Positions 23,801-36,649 of a DNA stretch of 64,000 bases are shown piece by piece (position 1 is the stretch's first letter; the number at the start of each line of letters is the position of its first letter). The notes beneath the pieces were generated by a model. The model was not told the origin of the DNA. It ran no database searches and was given only the letters and a program-made list of their open reading frames with translations. A program made the translations under genes and the position numbers. Origin of the DNA: Hydrolagus affinis. Taxonomy: Eukaryota. The stretch is from assembly GCA_012026655.1 (NCBI GenBank), contig JAAILG010000322.1, forward strand, positions 1 through 64,000, given 5' to 3'.

Positions 23801-25877
23801 ACAAGCTTTTTAATTAGTTTTCTGTGTTGGTATTATTATGGTGAAGGTTGACAAAATTTTCTCTCAACATCTGCTGACAGTACTTCTTTATACTTATTGT
23901 CAGTGTTAACCATCTTCTTCACTACTTTGACTGTGCAAACCTTAGAGGTGTTTCCTCCAAGTATCCATGAACCACTCAGATTGCAAGAACATAAAAAAGT
24001 AAAGAACCACAAGTGGCCAATTGACCTTTCAAGCCTCTTTCTCCGGAGACCCTGAAAAATCTACCGTATCATGAACTGTACCCACCCATGCCTACGGGCA
24101 AGTACTGTGAATATATTTTCTGCTTTCCAAAGATAATTCAGTAAATATTCTCCTATTCTCTCACAACTGTATTACTTTTCCCAGCATCTCCGAACGGAAT
24201 CCTAGAGACTTTACATCACAGAAGGAACCATTTGTCCCGTTGGAGCTAGTAACTTTACTCCGTTCCTCTTCTCCTTTTCCCCAAACAACAAGCTCCCTTC
24301 CTTGCCCTAGCAGCCTAGAAATCCTATCAACTCAGTCTGCTTATCCCATTTTCATCAAGTGCTCTCTTTCATTCTGAAACCTTGGGCTGTTTTTAAGCTG
24401 TTTCTCACAGTAGGAAAGATCTGGATAATGCGAAACCTGGATTCTGACACTTCATATAAAGGGGCTTTTTTAAAAAAAAGTTATCAATTTTATTTTATTC
24501 ATTCTATTTTATTACCATTTTAATTTGTTTAAATGATTCATAATGTGCCCTTTTAAAGGCCTGATTTTATTTATCTTTATACTGCTCGCTTTATTGTGCC
24601 TTTCACTAACGGTCTCCAGAATACTTACATCGACCTATTCTTTTCCAGAAGGCTGCATTCTCTTTTACTTTCAGTCTCATTCATGCCCCTTGGGTCAGAT
24701 CCTTCTGTTGGCAAGGTCTTTCGGGCAAAGTGTTGCATTTGCTCTTTTAAATGAGTGTTGCACAGCACTGTGCCTGACCATGCCCTGTGCTATCTTAATT
24801 GTACCTCATCATGTCCGTAGTGTGCCTGGCTAAGTATTATACCATTGGTAGGAAATGCAGAATTCCCACAGAGGAAACGGAGAATAACCCGAAAAAAAGT
24901 TATTTGAAAAACTCAGAAAAGCTTGAAACATGCGAAAAAAAATGCGAAACCCATACATTAAACATTAGTACCTCGTCCACTTAATATAATGTATACATAT
25001 AATATGGTAGAATTAAACATTCTGTTCTTAAAGATCATGTTGATATGTGCAAAACATTTGATGACAAAGACTGTTTACACAATCTTGCCCAGTTTATTGA
25101 CAACTAGGGATGTAATTTTCCTCCTCTTCCCCGTCTCCCCCCAAAAGACACCCAGGCGATGGAAGGTTATTCATCGCCTTGAGACGTCTTCCCGACATGA
25201 AAGGCACTATACAAATGTAATTTTGTATTGTATTATTCCTTAATATTTCAGCATAGAATCCAAGAACATTCCCTCCATAAAAATCAGACCAGGTGCCTAT
25301 CGATTGTTTAGGAATGTTGTGGTTGTTTGCAAACTGGATTAATTCGCTGGTGTGACTTCTGGTTTGCCATTTGATTTGCCTGAGTCGAAGAACATTTTTA
25401 CCAACAAGATACGCAGTATATCCCCTGACATGCTTTGAGATGACTCAATTATCTGATAAGGCAATGTATCAAATGCAAGGTTTATTACTATGCTTAACAT
25501 CTGATTGTGAGTCATGAAAGCCAGCAAAATTCAGCAACAGCAGCTTTCACTCTGTTCTAAAGCCTCACCAGTAGCCATCTATCTACAGGGTAGTATTCTT
25601 ATAAAATCAACAAACAAGATGTAGAAACATGCTTTCAAGTAGCAGATCACTGCTGCCAACCCAATGTACTGTCCTTCAGGCTTGGCTCTACTGCAAACAT
25701 ACCTGTGACTCATACCTTGATGACCGATTTATCCAGGCTCAATCCCGGGAGATACCCAAAGAGGTAGAATCTCAGATGACGCAGCTGTTCATACAGCTGA
25801 TTCAGCCAGTGAACCAGAAGAAGTCATATTTACAGTCGTTTCATTCAGAGCTATGTTACAAACTGTAGTTGTACAGT

Positions 25878-26039
25878 CAGCGCCTTGGGACATCCTCCCG
25901 ACGTGAAAGGAGCTCTATAAATGTAATTTTGTTGTTGTTGTAGTTTTCATAGATAACCCCAACCACGTAGCATTAAGACTTTGAGATGTCCTCTCCCGAC
26001 GTGAAGGGCGCTCTATAAATGTAATTTTGTTGTTGTTGC
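25878..26039 (+). mobile_element. Two tandem L2 3'-tail stubs
   Basis: TCCCGACGTGAA(A/G)G(G)..GCTCTATAAATGTAATTTTGTTGTTGTTG occurs twice (about 25878-25940 and 25979-26038). Confidence 0.85.
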
Positions 26040-27124
26040 TACACGACCATAACTCAAGAACCTCCGACTGATATTAGTGGTCTTCTTTCAGAATAAAGCT
26101 ACAAATCAGCCAGTTGGTACAATCCCTCACATCAATCAACAAAGGTGGATTTTGCCTCAAAAAAAGTTGTGTGCTCTAGCCTTTAGTAATCCAAACAAAC
26201 CCAAATCTGACAAGAAGGTATGATTGTTGAGCCTATCAGTGAGGTGAACCAAATGTGCTCACTTAAGGATTAGTTTTGAAGGAGACAGTAAGGGAAGGAT
26301 GCATGGTTAAAATTGTTTTGCAAATGAATAACATTCATTTGATTCCCTGCCTTGATATGCCTTTTACTCGAGATTATTCAAACACAGTTGATGTCCGCAA
26401 GAGGAGAAGTCTCTGGAATTTGCATAACTCTACTCCAGTGTCATCAACATTAGAGACAGAGTCATAGCGCAGTACATACTACAATATTATTGTAATGATT
26501 GTGTTACTTCCAATGTGCTGCTTCCCTTTAGGGGTAGGCCTCAGTCTGCAATTGTCATCAGAAAAAACATTTTAACAGGGAAAGGGATATTCACATTGCA
26601 ACAGGCCATCGATCTGAAGATACACAAGGGTCTCTTAGAAGTATTGCACCATTGGATCTGTTGAGAGCTGGAAAGCGCCATAAGACAAAATGCAGGCCCT
26701 TACTGCTCCAAGTTTGTTAACCTGTACGATACCAAGGATATGTACCAGGTGGCTGCCTGTGTGGATTCTTTTAAACAATACATATATCTGGGTATTTTCT
26801 TAGAAGACAAAAGCTTTTAGCAAATATTGCATCGGTAACTATCCTGTTTCCAACATCATTTCTGAGTTTCTGTTTTTTTTTCCTTTTCATTAAATTGACT
26901 ACTTTTTGAAATTGTGCACCTTTTCTATATATATATTCATCCCCGCCCCAGTTTCTCCAGACCTTGGTTAGTTTCTAACTGTACTATTCCCTCCAGCTGG
27001 GCTGTGGATTTCCCTGCAGCTGTCATCAATCCTGTTCCATAATTGGGAAGAATAAGGCATAGTTCAGCAGAGTGAGTTAGTCTGTGTCAACACTTCGCTC
27101 ACCCTGAGTCAGAATTCCTGGAGC

Positions 27125-27760
27125 TGTCACCTCATTCTCAAGCTGTTCATGTATTGAGGAGTAGCATGATTATTCAATTGTGTGTGCATGTGCTTCCCTG
27201 CCCCCTTCAAATCTTTGCCGACATCAGTGCATAGATTTAAAATTACTTTTATCAGGTCTGAAAAGTTCTGAATCGGTGTACAATTTTTAAAATTTGATTG
27301 ACAAATGAAGCAACCTTCGAAGCGGTGGCTTATCAAAACAACAATGCAGCATAAAATAGATGCCGTTATATTTTTCTAGTAATGGTTTTTAATCAAGCGT
27401 TAGGTTGAATATTTGAATACTCTTCGTCAGTCACCCTGTGACCCAAAATTCCACTTAGTTTTATCCTGCGTCTCAATTTACGATTGTCTTGCCTATCTTT
27501 ATCGAATGATCTCTCAGTAGAACCTCTCCTGTTACAATAGATCTCAGCTGCACCCAGCTTCACTCCTTCTGAGCATGTTTTGTGGAGTGCGTTGATTACC
27601 TATGCCCAAACATTCAAGCTCAAACTAACCCAGGCCAATAATACATACCAAGAAATCACTCTTCTGTCGGCATGAAAAAAACACGTAGAATTACAGCAGC
27701 CAATCACACCAGCTCCTTTTCCAATTGAAGGACAGTAATTGCTTTTAATTCCAAATATCA
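27125..27760. promoter_or_regulatory. Candidate conserved non-coding element
   Basis: TGATTGACA (Pbx-Meis/Prep type) at 27295, AACAATG (Sox), retained CpGs, unique sequence. Confidence 0.4.
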
Positions 27761-27762
27761 AA

Positions 27763-27892
27763 CAATAATAATAATCGTTGCATTTGATGTAGTGCTGCAT
27801 CATGACTGAGAAGTCTCAAAGCACATGACAGAATATACTGTAAATTGAATTGACTGTATATTTTGTGGACGAAACGCAGCAGCCCATTGCAA
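27763..27892 (-). mobile_element. SINE family A 3' fragment
   Basis: AATAATAATAATCGTTGCATTTGATGTAG..AATTGACTGTATATTTTGTGGACGAAACGCAGCAGCC is the reverse complement of the family tail. Confidence 0.8.
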
Positions 27893-29559
27893 TTATATGT
27901 ACACGCACAGACTCTAAAAGTAGTAACTATAAAAGATTAACAAGATCTCAATCAACTAATTGCTATACTGTAGCAACAATCTGTTTTTCTTTACAGTGCA
28001 GAAACAATCAGGCACTCAGAAAAGGTCCTTCCTTCTCTTGATATCGTTCTCTTTCATTCCTGTCACTTTCCTTCTCAAAGGCCTCTCCAGATAAACAGTT
28101 TTGGTCATCTCTCCAAGCTCGGCAAAATTTGATGTAAAAGTTTTGAGGAAACGCTTCATTGAACTGATTCCACTTGTGGTGTAAAAAAAACTTGGCTGTT
28201 GCCTTTGAGGCAATGGCCATGAACATCATAATCTAAAGTGATTTAAACCTCAATGTTAAAAGCAATATGCTCCTACAACAACCAGTGTCTTGCTGTTGCA
28301 GGCTGGATCTTTATTTTACATACAGTAGCTGGACCACTTTTCAATTTCATTGTGTCTTATAATTTCAGATAGCTTTTTTTTTACTCAGCTGGGTTTCCCA
28401 CACATGCGGAAACCCGTCACCATGCTTAAAAGTATCCAAACCAAACTCATGAACGTGCATTTTACCAACACGTGCAATCCATACTCTCTCCCTGGAGGAA
28501 AGTATTTTGCTTACCTAATTGCAGAACATTTTTAGTCCTTTTGGAACTTTTCTTTTGTAGTACAGAACTTAGAAGTCAACCGTATCAACACAGGAGTTAC
28601 CAAAATCCATCACTATCAGCCTGTTTTGGCCGGGTAGGGGCTGTGCCTTCCTTTGTTCAGTTGACTGTTGCATGTGACCTGGATCCACATCTGGTAACTT
28701 TGTGGAGCTACTGGATGGTTCCTGTGTGCCAAAGCAATTACAGTTACGCAGTTTGTTAGATGGGGCAATAATTAATTACAAATGGGCATTGTGGGACCTG
28801 CTAATCTGTTTGTTATTAACCAATGTTTGTCTTATCCAGAAATTGAACTCTGTAGACATTAACCCTTTGGGAATTGAGGTAACACTTGTATTAAAACAAA
28901 AAATATACTTGACAAAATACAGTTGTATTATTGATTCAAAAAAGATTAAAAATTAATTTCATTATTATGTATATTCCCATAAATTGATTTTAGAATAATC
29001 CATGTTGGGTGTTTTTCTTTTTTCTTTTTGTTCAAAGAGGAGTATTCTGAAGGCTGGATAAAGTTTCTCCGCTTTAGCCTTAATGGAATAAGCAAGAGAA
29101 AAAATGGCAAGACTTAGTGAATTAATTCAGGAATGTTACATCCAGGAAATTCAGCATTGTAAAGCTTAATGTCATACTGTTTCCCAGTTACTGGTAATTC
29201 CTAATTGTTCTGTACTGATATTCTGATAGGTTATAAAAAGCACTTGATGATAGGCTCTTTACAAGAAATAACAGCCAAGTACCAGAGTGATTAGGTTTTG
29301 ATCTGGAAATGTATTGAGTTAAGTGCAGGCAGATTTTGTTTCATATCTCACTGAATGTTCTAATATTGAATTTTGTTGGGGCATTTTGAAACCGAGGATA
29401 ATATCCTAAAGAACTGATTATACAGTAAATTCTGAGTTTTTTTTGAAGGGTTGTAGACCCACATAATGGAACACTATTTTGAGTTACTTCAGTTCAGGGC
29501 CGAAGCTTATCTGTATAAATCTGTGTCTGTCACTTGCATGTACAGCAGGACAGTGATTT

Positions 29560-31010
29560 TGGTTTCTGTGGAATTAATGAAATTAAACCATCACGTTAGC
29601 TTTCTTTCTTCTCCTTCAGTGATGTGGATGTGCTTGGAGTCTTCACTGTCTGATGCACTTCCCATACATTTATCATCCAGAGCTCATGATTAATAGGGTA
29701 CCTACAATGCTAAATAGCACCTACCAGTACTTTTACCTGAGCTGCAGTTTCCTCATTTGAATAGGTGAGGAACCAAAGTCACCAGAGCAATTTTTGCTAG
29801 ATTTCATCACTCAAAATTCAGTTGGAATTTCTTCTAAATTCCGCAGTTGCCCTGAGGCTAAGGCTCAATGCTGATACAGAGATTAATCCCAAAAGAGCCC
29901 TGTATTTCTCAGCAGAGAAATTAAAGCTTGCCAGTTTTCCTTTCACCTGTCCTTCTGACAGCTCTGTCAGTAATGATGTGCCATATACATGGCATAATCC
30001 CCATCCTATGGTAAAGAATAATTTATTAAGAAATTAAGGGGCTTAGCTCCTCTGTCGGGTTGGTCTTCAAAAGTTGGCTGATAGTGGTGACAGCATGATT
30101 ATCAATGAAAAAATATTTAACAGTACCTTGGGGCTTTTTTAGACAAAGCCTAATAAGTCACATGGGTAGATATCAATCAAATTTATCCCCTTTAGATTTT
30201 GTAAATATTCCCTGAAGTTAAAGCAAATTACGTTGATTATATGGCTCCTCTACATGCAGTTCAGAGTGACTGTGGGGCACGGTCCTAGTTTAGGGAGAAG
30301 CATATTTTTAGAAACTCTCTGGCAGCGTGACATGTTTGCTAATAAAGCTGACACAATTTCTCCCTCGCTTCTGGAATCTTAGTAAGGCCAACAGGAGGTA
30401 CAAAAATATATTATTTCAAACAACCCATCACCAGCATTTGGGATTATTGACTGTGTTTAAATGTTAGCATGGCAATAAAGATGCAATAATTCTCACGTAA
30501 GATTAGCACAATAATAGCATTACTTTCTTAAAGGGCAGCATGCGATTTTTGGTACAATAATTGGGCCCAAAATATAGGGCCGTTTATTGATTTTTCTTTC
30601 TCCTTTAACCCATTGAGGAATGTGGTAGTATTTTACCAACAAAAAGGTCATTTTTAATGTAGATGATACTGTAAATGAAGAAAAGTTATCACCACTGCAT
30701 TAATGATGCCTTGTAACCTTCAGCATGAATGTTTACAGAAAATCATTTATTCAAAAGATCTGCTCATTGAAAATGCACATATTTTTGAAAACTGCAAGCG
30801 CTCAGCGGGTTAATTAATGTAAAGTTCAAGATTACCAGTAATGTTAAAATAAAACTATGATGGGCAAAGGTGCTTTGTTTAATAATGAATGTAACCCTGA
30901 TATATCAGCAAAAGAAATGTTTTCTATAATAAATGTATTTTACTAAGGAGTTTGACCTTGTTTTTATTAGCAAAGATTAATGAATAATTAATCTGTTCAT
31001 CCTAGACCAC
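29560..31010. promoter_or_regulatory. Cluster of candidate conserved non-coding elements
   Basis: About 1.4 kb largely free of recognisable repeats, with many TAAT/TTAATTAAT, TGACAG/CTGTCA and GATTAATC motifs. Confidence 0.35.
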
Positions 31011-31160
31011 ACTCAAAAATCTGTTTTTTTGTAAAGCAGAGAATGGGTGTCATGCTTATTTCTTCCAGTCTCTTATTGGACAACAGTTTAAAAACTCACA
31101 ACAACATGTTAACCCTTTGCAATCCTGAAATGCGCATTTGCAGTTGAAAAATGTGTGTAT

Positions 31161-31242
31161 ACTGCCTTATATAGTCCTATATAAAACTGCCTTTATATAG
31201 TCCTATATAAAACTATAGTCCTGTATACAGGACTATAGTTTT
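31161..31242. repeat. Tandem duplication plus perfect 34-bp palindrome
   Basis: ACTGCCTT(T)ATATAGTCCTATATAAA x2, then AAAACTATAGTCCTGTA|TACAGGACTATAGTTTT (31209-31242). Confidence 0.95.
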
Positions 31243-31364
31243 CTGTCTTCTGACGCTGTATTGTCATGAGATAGATGTGTTTTCTACAAAACCCAGAAGC
31301 TATCATCATTGCTCAATGTTATCCAAGTATTCCAAAACATTCTTTTATTACACTAAGTGCTGTC

Positions 31365-31480
31365 GCTCCCCCCCACTCCCCCCCCGCTTCTTCCCTGTGC
31401 TCGGGTTATGACCCCCAGCTTCTTGGGACGTCCCCAATGATGTGAAAGGTGCTCTATAAATGTAATTTTGTTGTTGTTGC
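31365..31480 (+). mobile_element. L2 3'-tail stub
   Basis: C-rich stretch then TTGGGACGTCCCCAATGATGTGAAAGGTGCTCTATAAATGTAATTTTGTTGTTGTTG. Confidence 0.75.
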
Positions 31481-32584
31481 TTGTTCTTTCATTCCGAATT
31501 TATCTAGAAAGAAATCAAATTTACAATCTTTCATTTTTCAGAATGAGATAATATTATCTTTCCTCCTCCTACCCCCCCCCCACACCCCACCACCACCCTT
31601 GCACACACCTCAGAAATATTTGCAATTAAAAGAATTTGTAGCTTCAAAAGAATGCTAAGCTGACTGTCAATTTTCGAAGTGTATTATGACAGAATACTTA
31701 ACAGCTTTTGCAAATCACTTAGTTCACAATCCTGTAGTCACAGGTTTGAGTCCCAGGGCTGCCTGGCACTTGAATCTGAGAGCTACCCTTGGGGTGAGTT
31801 TCATCAGTTCTCAGTCAGATAACTAGGAGGGGATGCCCTAAGGTAGTGCAGCGACTTACCTCAAGAGAGGGAAATACTGACAGAGCACACCTCACCCTGC
31901 AAGAAGTGCACCTCAGTGGCAGGCATTGGAAGAACTGAAGCCACCAAGCAACTAATAGGCTAAGTTAAGCAAGTGCTTCTGTACTCATGGATTGGACAAG
32001 GTAATGAATGTCTCCTCTGCGCTGATTAAAGCTGCAATTAATGAGTGACCACAGGAGTGTTTATTGCTGAGGACATCTCACCGAAGTGGAATGTAATGCT
32101 AATGTATATTTTATTCGTTAAGAGTTTTAAGTATGGGAAAAGAAAGAAATAAAAACCATTTTAGCAATGTACATGTATGATTTTTAAGTGAGCTAATGAT
32201 TTTTATAATAACAAGCAAGTGCTTTTCAGAGTACACTTGCCAAGATAGGGAAGAAAAGGGATTTGGGTATGTATTTGGTCAGTCAGTCAGCCAGTAAGGA
32301 GGTGGCTGTCAAAACAGGTCATCGACATCTAGATTGCATCTCAGGGGTATTTGATTGTATATTAAAAGACCAAATTGTAATCTTCAATATAGCCCTAGTG
32401 ATACCATATCCAGAATTTGCCGTTCAGATTTGAGTACCCTACACTAAAGGATATCGACATGTTGAATCAAAGGTTTCACCCACAAAACACAGTCACTCCC
32501 ATATCTTTTGAACCGCTCTGAGATGCCCTTCTGACAATGAAGGACTCTGTATCAAATGTAAGGACTATAGTTATTATTTTAAAA

Positions 32585-32825
32585 AGTGCAGCAAGGTTTG
32601 ATTCCAGAACTTAGCTCTACGTTTTTAGGTGTGGCTCACAGAGCTAAACTGCTGCTCATTTTAAAAAAGAGGAACAACCATGATCCAGGTCCCTAAAGAC
32701 TTCAGAGGCATTAATGTAAATAGGTTATTTGACTTACACTTTGGGAATAGAACTTTAGGAGATAAGTTTAATATCTAAAGCCTAAAAGCAAGACTGGATG
32801 TCAGATTATTCTCCCCATCATGTGT
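32585..32825 (+). mobile_element. CR1 LINE 3' ORF2 fragment
   Basis: GCAGCAAGGTTTGATTCCAGAACTTA..AATGTAAATAGGTTATTTGAC..AAAGCAAGACTGGATGTCAG, CR1-like 'A.RLIPEL...NRLF...KARLDVR'. Confidence 0.55.
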
Positions 32826-34449
32826 AATTGCTGTGTTTCTCTCAATTTGTCTTGCTGGCTGGGTTACTGTGCTACTTATATTATGGTATTGTATCTTATG
32901 AGGGAGCCTTTGTGCCACAGAATAATTGTTTCTGGAACAATAACTAACATACATTATAATGTTTGCTCACAATGTGCTCAGAGTCGCACAATTGAAATAA
33001 ATAGAGAAAAATGCCTTTGGAAAAATTTGTCTTGGTCAAAGGATATTCCTATGATAGCAGACGTATATTTTACACATTTGCGAACAATTTTCCCATCTGG
33101 TATCGAATGCCTGGCGTATGTTGTATTTTGCACACTTTTGCTCCAGACTGCCTTTAATGAAATGTTTTTTTTCAGCTTTATTTTCAATAAATGTACCTGA
33201 ACACATTTGTGGAAGGGGACGCACACTAATTCAGGAAGCTCTCATACCCATAACAATTTGGCCTCACCCACAAATGGTGCTTTTGGATCAGTTCTGGGTA
33301 GATTTTTTTCAGAGCCCGTTCTATGCTCTAGTTGTGTTTACACAGACTGCTCATTTTATTTCAAGGGTTTGGTAACGTTCCAATACTGCTACTCCAGTGG
33401 GTCAAAAATCTGAAGGAATCTAGAGCTGGTTCCTGGCACCAGGAAAGTAGTTTGTTGCAGTAATACTCATTATGACAGTCGGGCAGATTCCCAAACCCCT
33501 CAATGTTGGAAGTTAACACTCGTTCAACACTCCGGAAAGAGTCACAGTTTTAATGAGAAAAAAATTGGGATTTTAAGCAAATCCTTTTTAAGTAATCATT
33601 GTAAACAAAATCTGTTTGCCTAAAGAAAGCCCACAAGCAGTCATTTAGTATCAATGCTACATGTGCTAATGAACCAAAAGCTGTTAATGTGGTTTCTTCA
33701 GTTAAATTGATTCATGAATTTTGAAGAGAACATTATCTAATGAATTTACTCTGAATAGAAAGCAATTAGAGGGACACACCATTCTGCTTAACCCCAAAGA
33801 CACCCTAGTGCCACAAATTAAGTACATTTTGAAAACAGATTCATAAAAAAAAACGAAATAGATTTGCTGTCTTGTGACCTCTACTAATCCTTGTAAATTA
33901 ATGAACAAAAAAGTTAATTTCTAGTCTGACCCTGTTCTAATAACATAAGGATTATTACTGAGCTATAGTACATTTAGGGTCATAATATTAATCAGATTGT
34001 TCCAATAAAGTTATTATGTTTTCTGATATAGTGCTTGGGTTTTAGATTCTAAACACTGCACCATTTAAAATGATGTTTAAATATTTTTAGAGCTTTTTTG
34101 CTGTAAATGAGCAATATATCATACCTTCTTATAGGAAATGTTAAAGTTAGTAACAAGTGAATTATAATAAAATATTGACTTATTACATCGGTACAGAAAT
34201 AGAATCTAAACTGGTGGTTCCCTGTTGGTTCATCCCAATCTGTGTCTTTTATGAGAAAGACACAATTATAGATCTGATGAATAAACGGGAATGCAAAATA
34301 TAACTCTGAAATAAAATGATCTGAATAGCTGCAACAAAGAGTTTGCTCCTCATGTCTCTTATATTTACTAGATCTACCCACAAAGATCTACTAGATCTAG
34401 ATCTACCCTTCTCAATCCACATGGGTAGATCATAGCATGTCCTATTTTA

Positions 34450-34960
34450 CTGTTGAGCATTAATTCTTCATATTCAATGTGTTGTGCCAATTGTTGGTCT
34501 GCGACTTTGCAATGACTGTGTTGCAGAACTGAAGCTTATTTTTATATTTGACCACTGCATTCAGCTTATGCGTGCGCAGGGTTGCAAAGAGTGTTATCAC
34601 ACAGAAGATAATTTGAAGTTCAACAATTTGTAATGAAAAATTTACAGCCGCCAGGAGAAACACAGAGAGTAACGCTGTTTAGACCAGCCGCTTACATGTC
34701 AGACTAAAAGTAATCACAAGAAAGCAAACACAGCTGAGTGTTAATTGAGGTTGGGTGCTGGGCTGCAGATCAAAAATGCTTTCATGTTGTAACCAAATTA
34801 TTTGCATAGTTGATTGAACTGAGTGATCAACTGAAATGTTTGTGCCAACTTCACTGCTTACATGACCACATGTACACATTGTTAATGATGAAAGCATATG
34901 ACGTTTATTAAACTGTGTAGCATAGGATAGACCCATCAAAACTCCTCTGTCTTGCTTTCT
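34450..34960. promoter_or_regulatory. Candidate conserved non-coding element
   Basis: Unique block with CATTAATTC, TTAATTGAG and CAAATTATTTGCAT (octamer ATTTGCAT at about 34800); CpGs retained. Confidence 0.35.
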
Positions 34961-35539
34961 CTGATGCATAAAAGTATAATGAATTGTTTCACAAGAAAAA
35001 TAGACCAGGAACAATATACAGTATAACATTAGAGAATAAAATATATATGTAACGTGCTGGTCAGCACAGCAGGACACATTTTCTCTGAACCTATCTTAGA
35101 AACACTAAACTTTTTCCTGGTATCCTTACATTTTATTAACTACTATGTGAACCGTCTGCTATTGCAAAATGTAGATAGTTAGCAGACATCAATGTTACAT
35201 GTAGACAGTAAATTGCAACTTATTTTTTTGATGTGCAGGACTATCAATGGCATCTTACTGTAAAGGACAGACAAACCTTTTGGCACTCCTCTCTACCATC
35301 TTGCGTTTCACTCTGCTACAGTACCACACACAATGCCAACCTTTGATAGCTGCTCTTACTGAAGCTGGCAGGGTATCACGCCTGTAGAGATATTGGCATG
35401 ACTCCTCAAGTACTCCATGTGTCTCTGCCATTTTGGCCAGTGACCATATGTAAACTGGTAGCTAATATTGCAAATTCACAAACTGCAATGAGATGTGAAA
35501 TACGCTTATTTTATGAATTGATTTAGACAATCTGATGTT

Positions 35540-35763
35540 GTTGGACAATGGGAGATTTTTAAGCCGGTGATAGAAAAAGCACAGGAGAAATGTATTCCAT
35601 TAAGGAATAAGGGAAAATTAACCAATAATGGGATGCTGTGGGTGAATAAGGAGGTGAAGGCAAAACTTCAGCTGAGGAAAAATGCTTTTAAAAGTGTAAA
35701 ATATATAACGGAGAGGAAATTTAGGAAAGAAGTTAGGAAGGCAAACAGGAAATCCAAGAGGAG
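35540..35763 (+). mobile_element. CR1 LINE ORF2 fragment (left part of interrupted element)
   Basis: WEIFKPVIEKAQEKCIPLRNKGK..LWVNKEVKAKLQLRKNAFK..RKEVRKANRK, the CR1 linker between EN and RT. Confidence 0.8.
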
Positions 35764-36622
35764 AACATAACACCAACAAATTGCATTTCTGTACAAATTT
35801 CGCGACAGGAGGACGTCTTGAGGCGATGGACAGACAGGGATTTGGACCTGAGAAGGGTTGGGATCAAGAGGGGTGGATGGCAAGGAGAGTTGAGGTATGT
35901 GGCTGAAGGCACGGTCGAAGAGGAGGGTCTGAAGACGTGCCCTGTAATAGGCAAGGGAGGGAGCCAGATACAGTGAAGGGACTGTTGGATAGAGTTCCAA
36001 AGGGTGGGGGCAGAGAGATTAAAGGCCTGTGGGGTGGTGTGGCAGACTGGACAGGGGTCGTGGAGCAGGCTGGAGCCAGCTGAGCAGAGGCAGGGGAAAC
36101 GTTGACATGGCATCAACAGATAACAGAGTTGGAGGAGCAAGTCCATGGAGGGCTTTGAAAGTGAAGATGAGGATTTTGAACTCCTGGAATCAAGGGCGGA
36201 GGCAGAGAGATAGAGTTGAATGTCATCCACATACAAGGAATCCTGTAGCACAGTGGTTAGAGCACTTGACTTACAAGCAAGAGAGCTGGGTTCAATTCCA
36301 GACAAGTCAGTGCAAAACCTTGGGCAAGTTTTCTTACTCCACATGCCTGATAATAATCCCTAAAAAAAAATTGGTCACACAATCCATGACTGTTTGTGGG
36401 ACAGTGCTGCATGCCATTGGCATGCACAAATATACAGCCAGTTCACTTTAAAGTATATGCTGTGAAGCGCTTTGAGATGTCTCGAAGACATGAAAAGCAC
36501 TATATCACATACCAGGATTATAATTATTATTATGTGGAAGTTTACCCCATGTCTGCGGATGATGTCACCAAGAGGGAGTACATACACGTTCAAAAGGCGA
36601 GGACCGAGGTCAGAGCCCCAAT
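35764..36622 (-). mobile_element. L2 LINE derivative (internally deleted, interrupted by a SINE)
   Basis: Minus strand GSDLGPRLLNVYVLPLGDIIRRHGVNFH[SINE]YVDDIQLYLSASALDS, jumping to the C-terminal region ..QAFNLSAPTLWNS and an L2 tail (..AAATGCAATTTGTTGGTGTT). Confidence 0.85.
36237..36531 (+). mobile_element. SINE family A inserted into L2 RT motif
   Basis: GGAATCCTGTAGCACAGTGGTTAGAGCACTTG..GGTTCAATTCCAG..ACCTTGGGCAAGTTT..(ATT)n; the flanks rejoin to CATAC-ATGTGGAAG as in the uninterrupted copy at about 50412-50426. Confidence 0.9.
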
Positions 36623-36649
36623 AGCAAAAACACAAAAAGGGACAGCAAG

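Noticed and set aside
25878-26039. CRISPR-like direct repeats with spacer
   Set aside because: There are only two imperfect units, both L2 3' tails, in a eukaryotic context with no cas genes.
35733-36344. 203-aa ORF, the longest in the window
   Set aside because: It is a chance fusion of antisense SINE and frameshifted L2 sequence.
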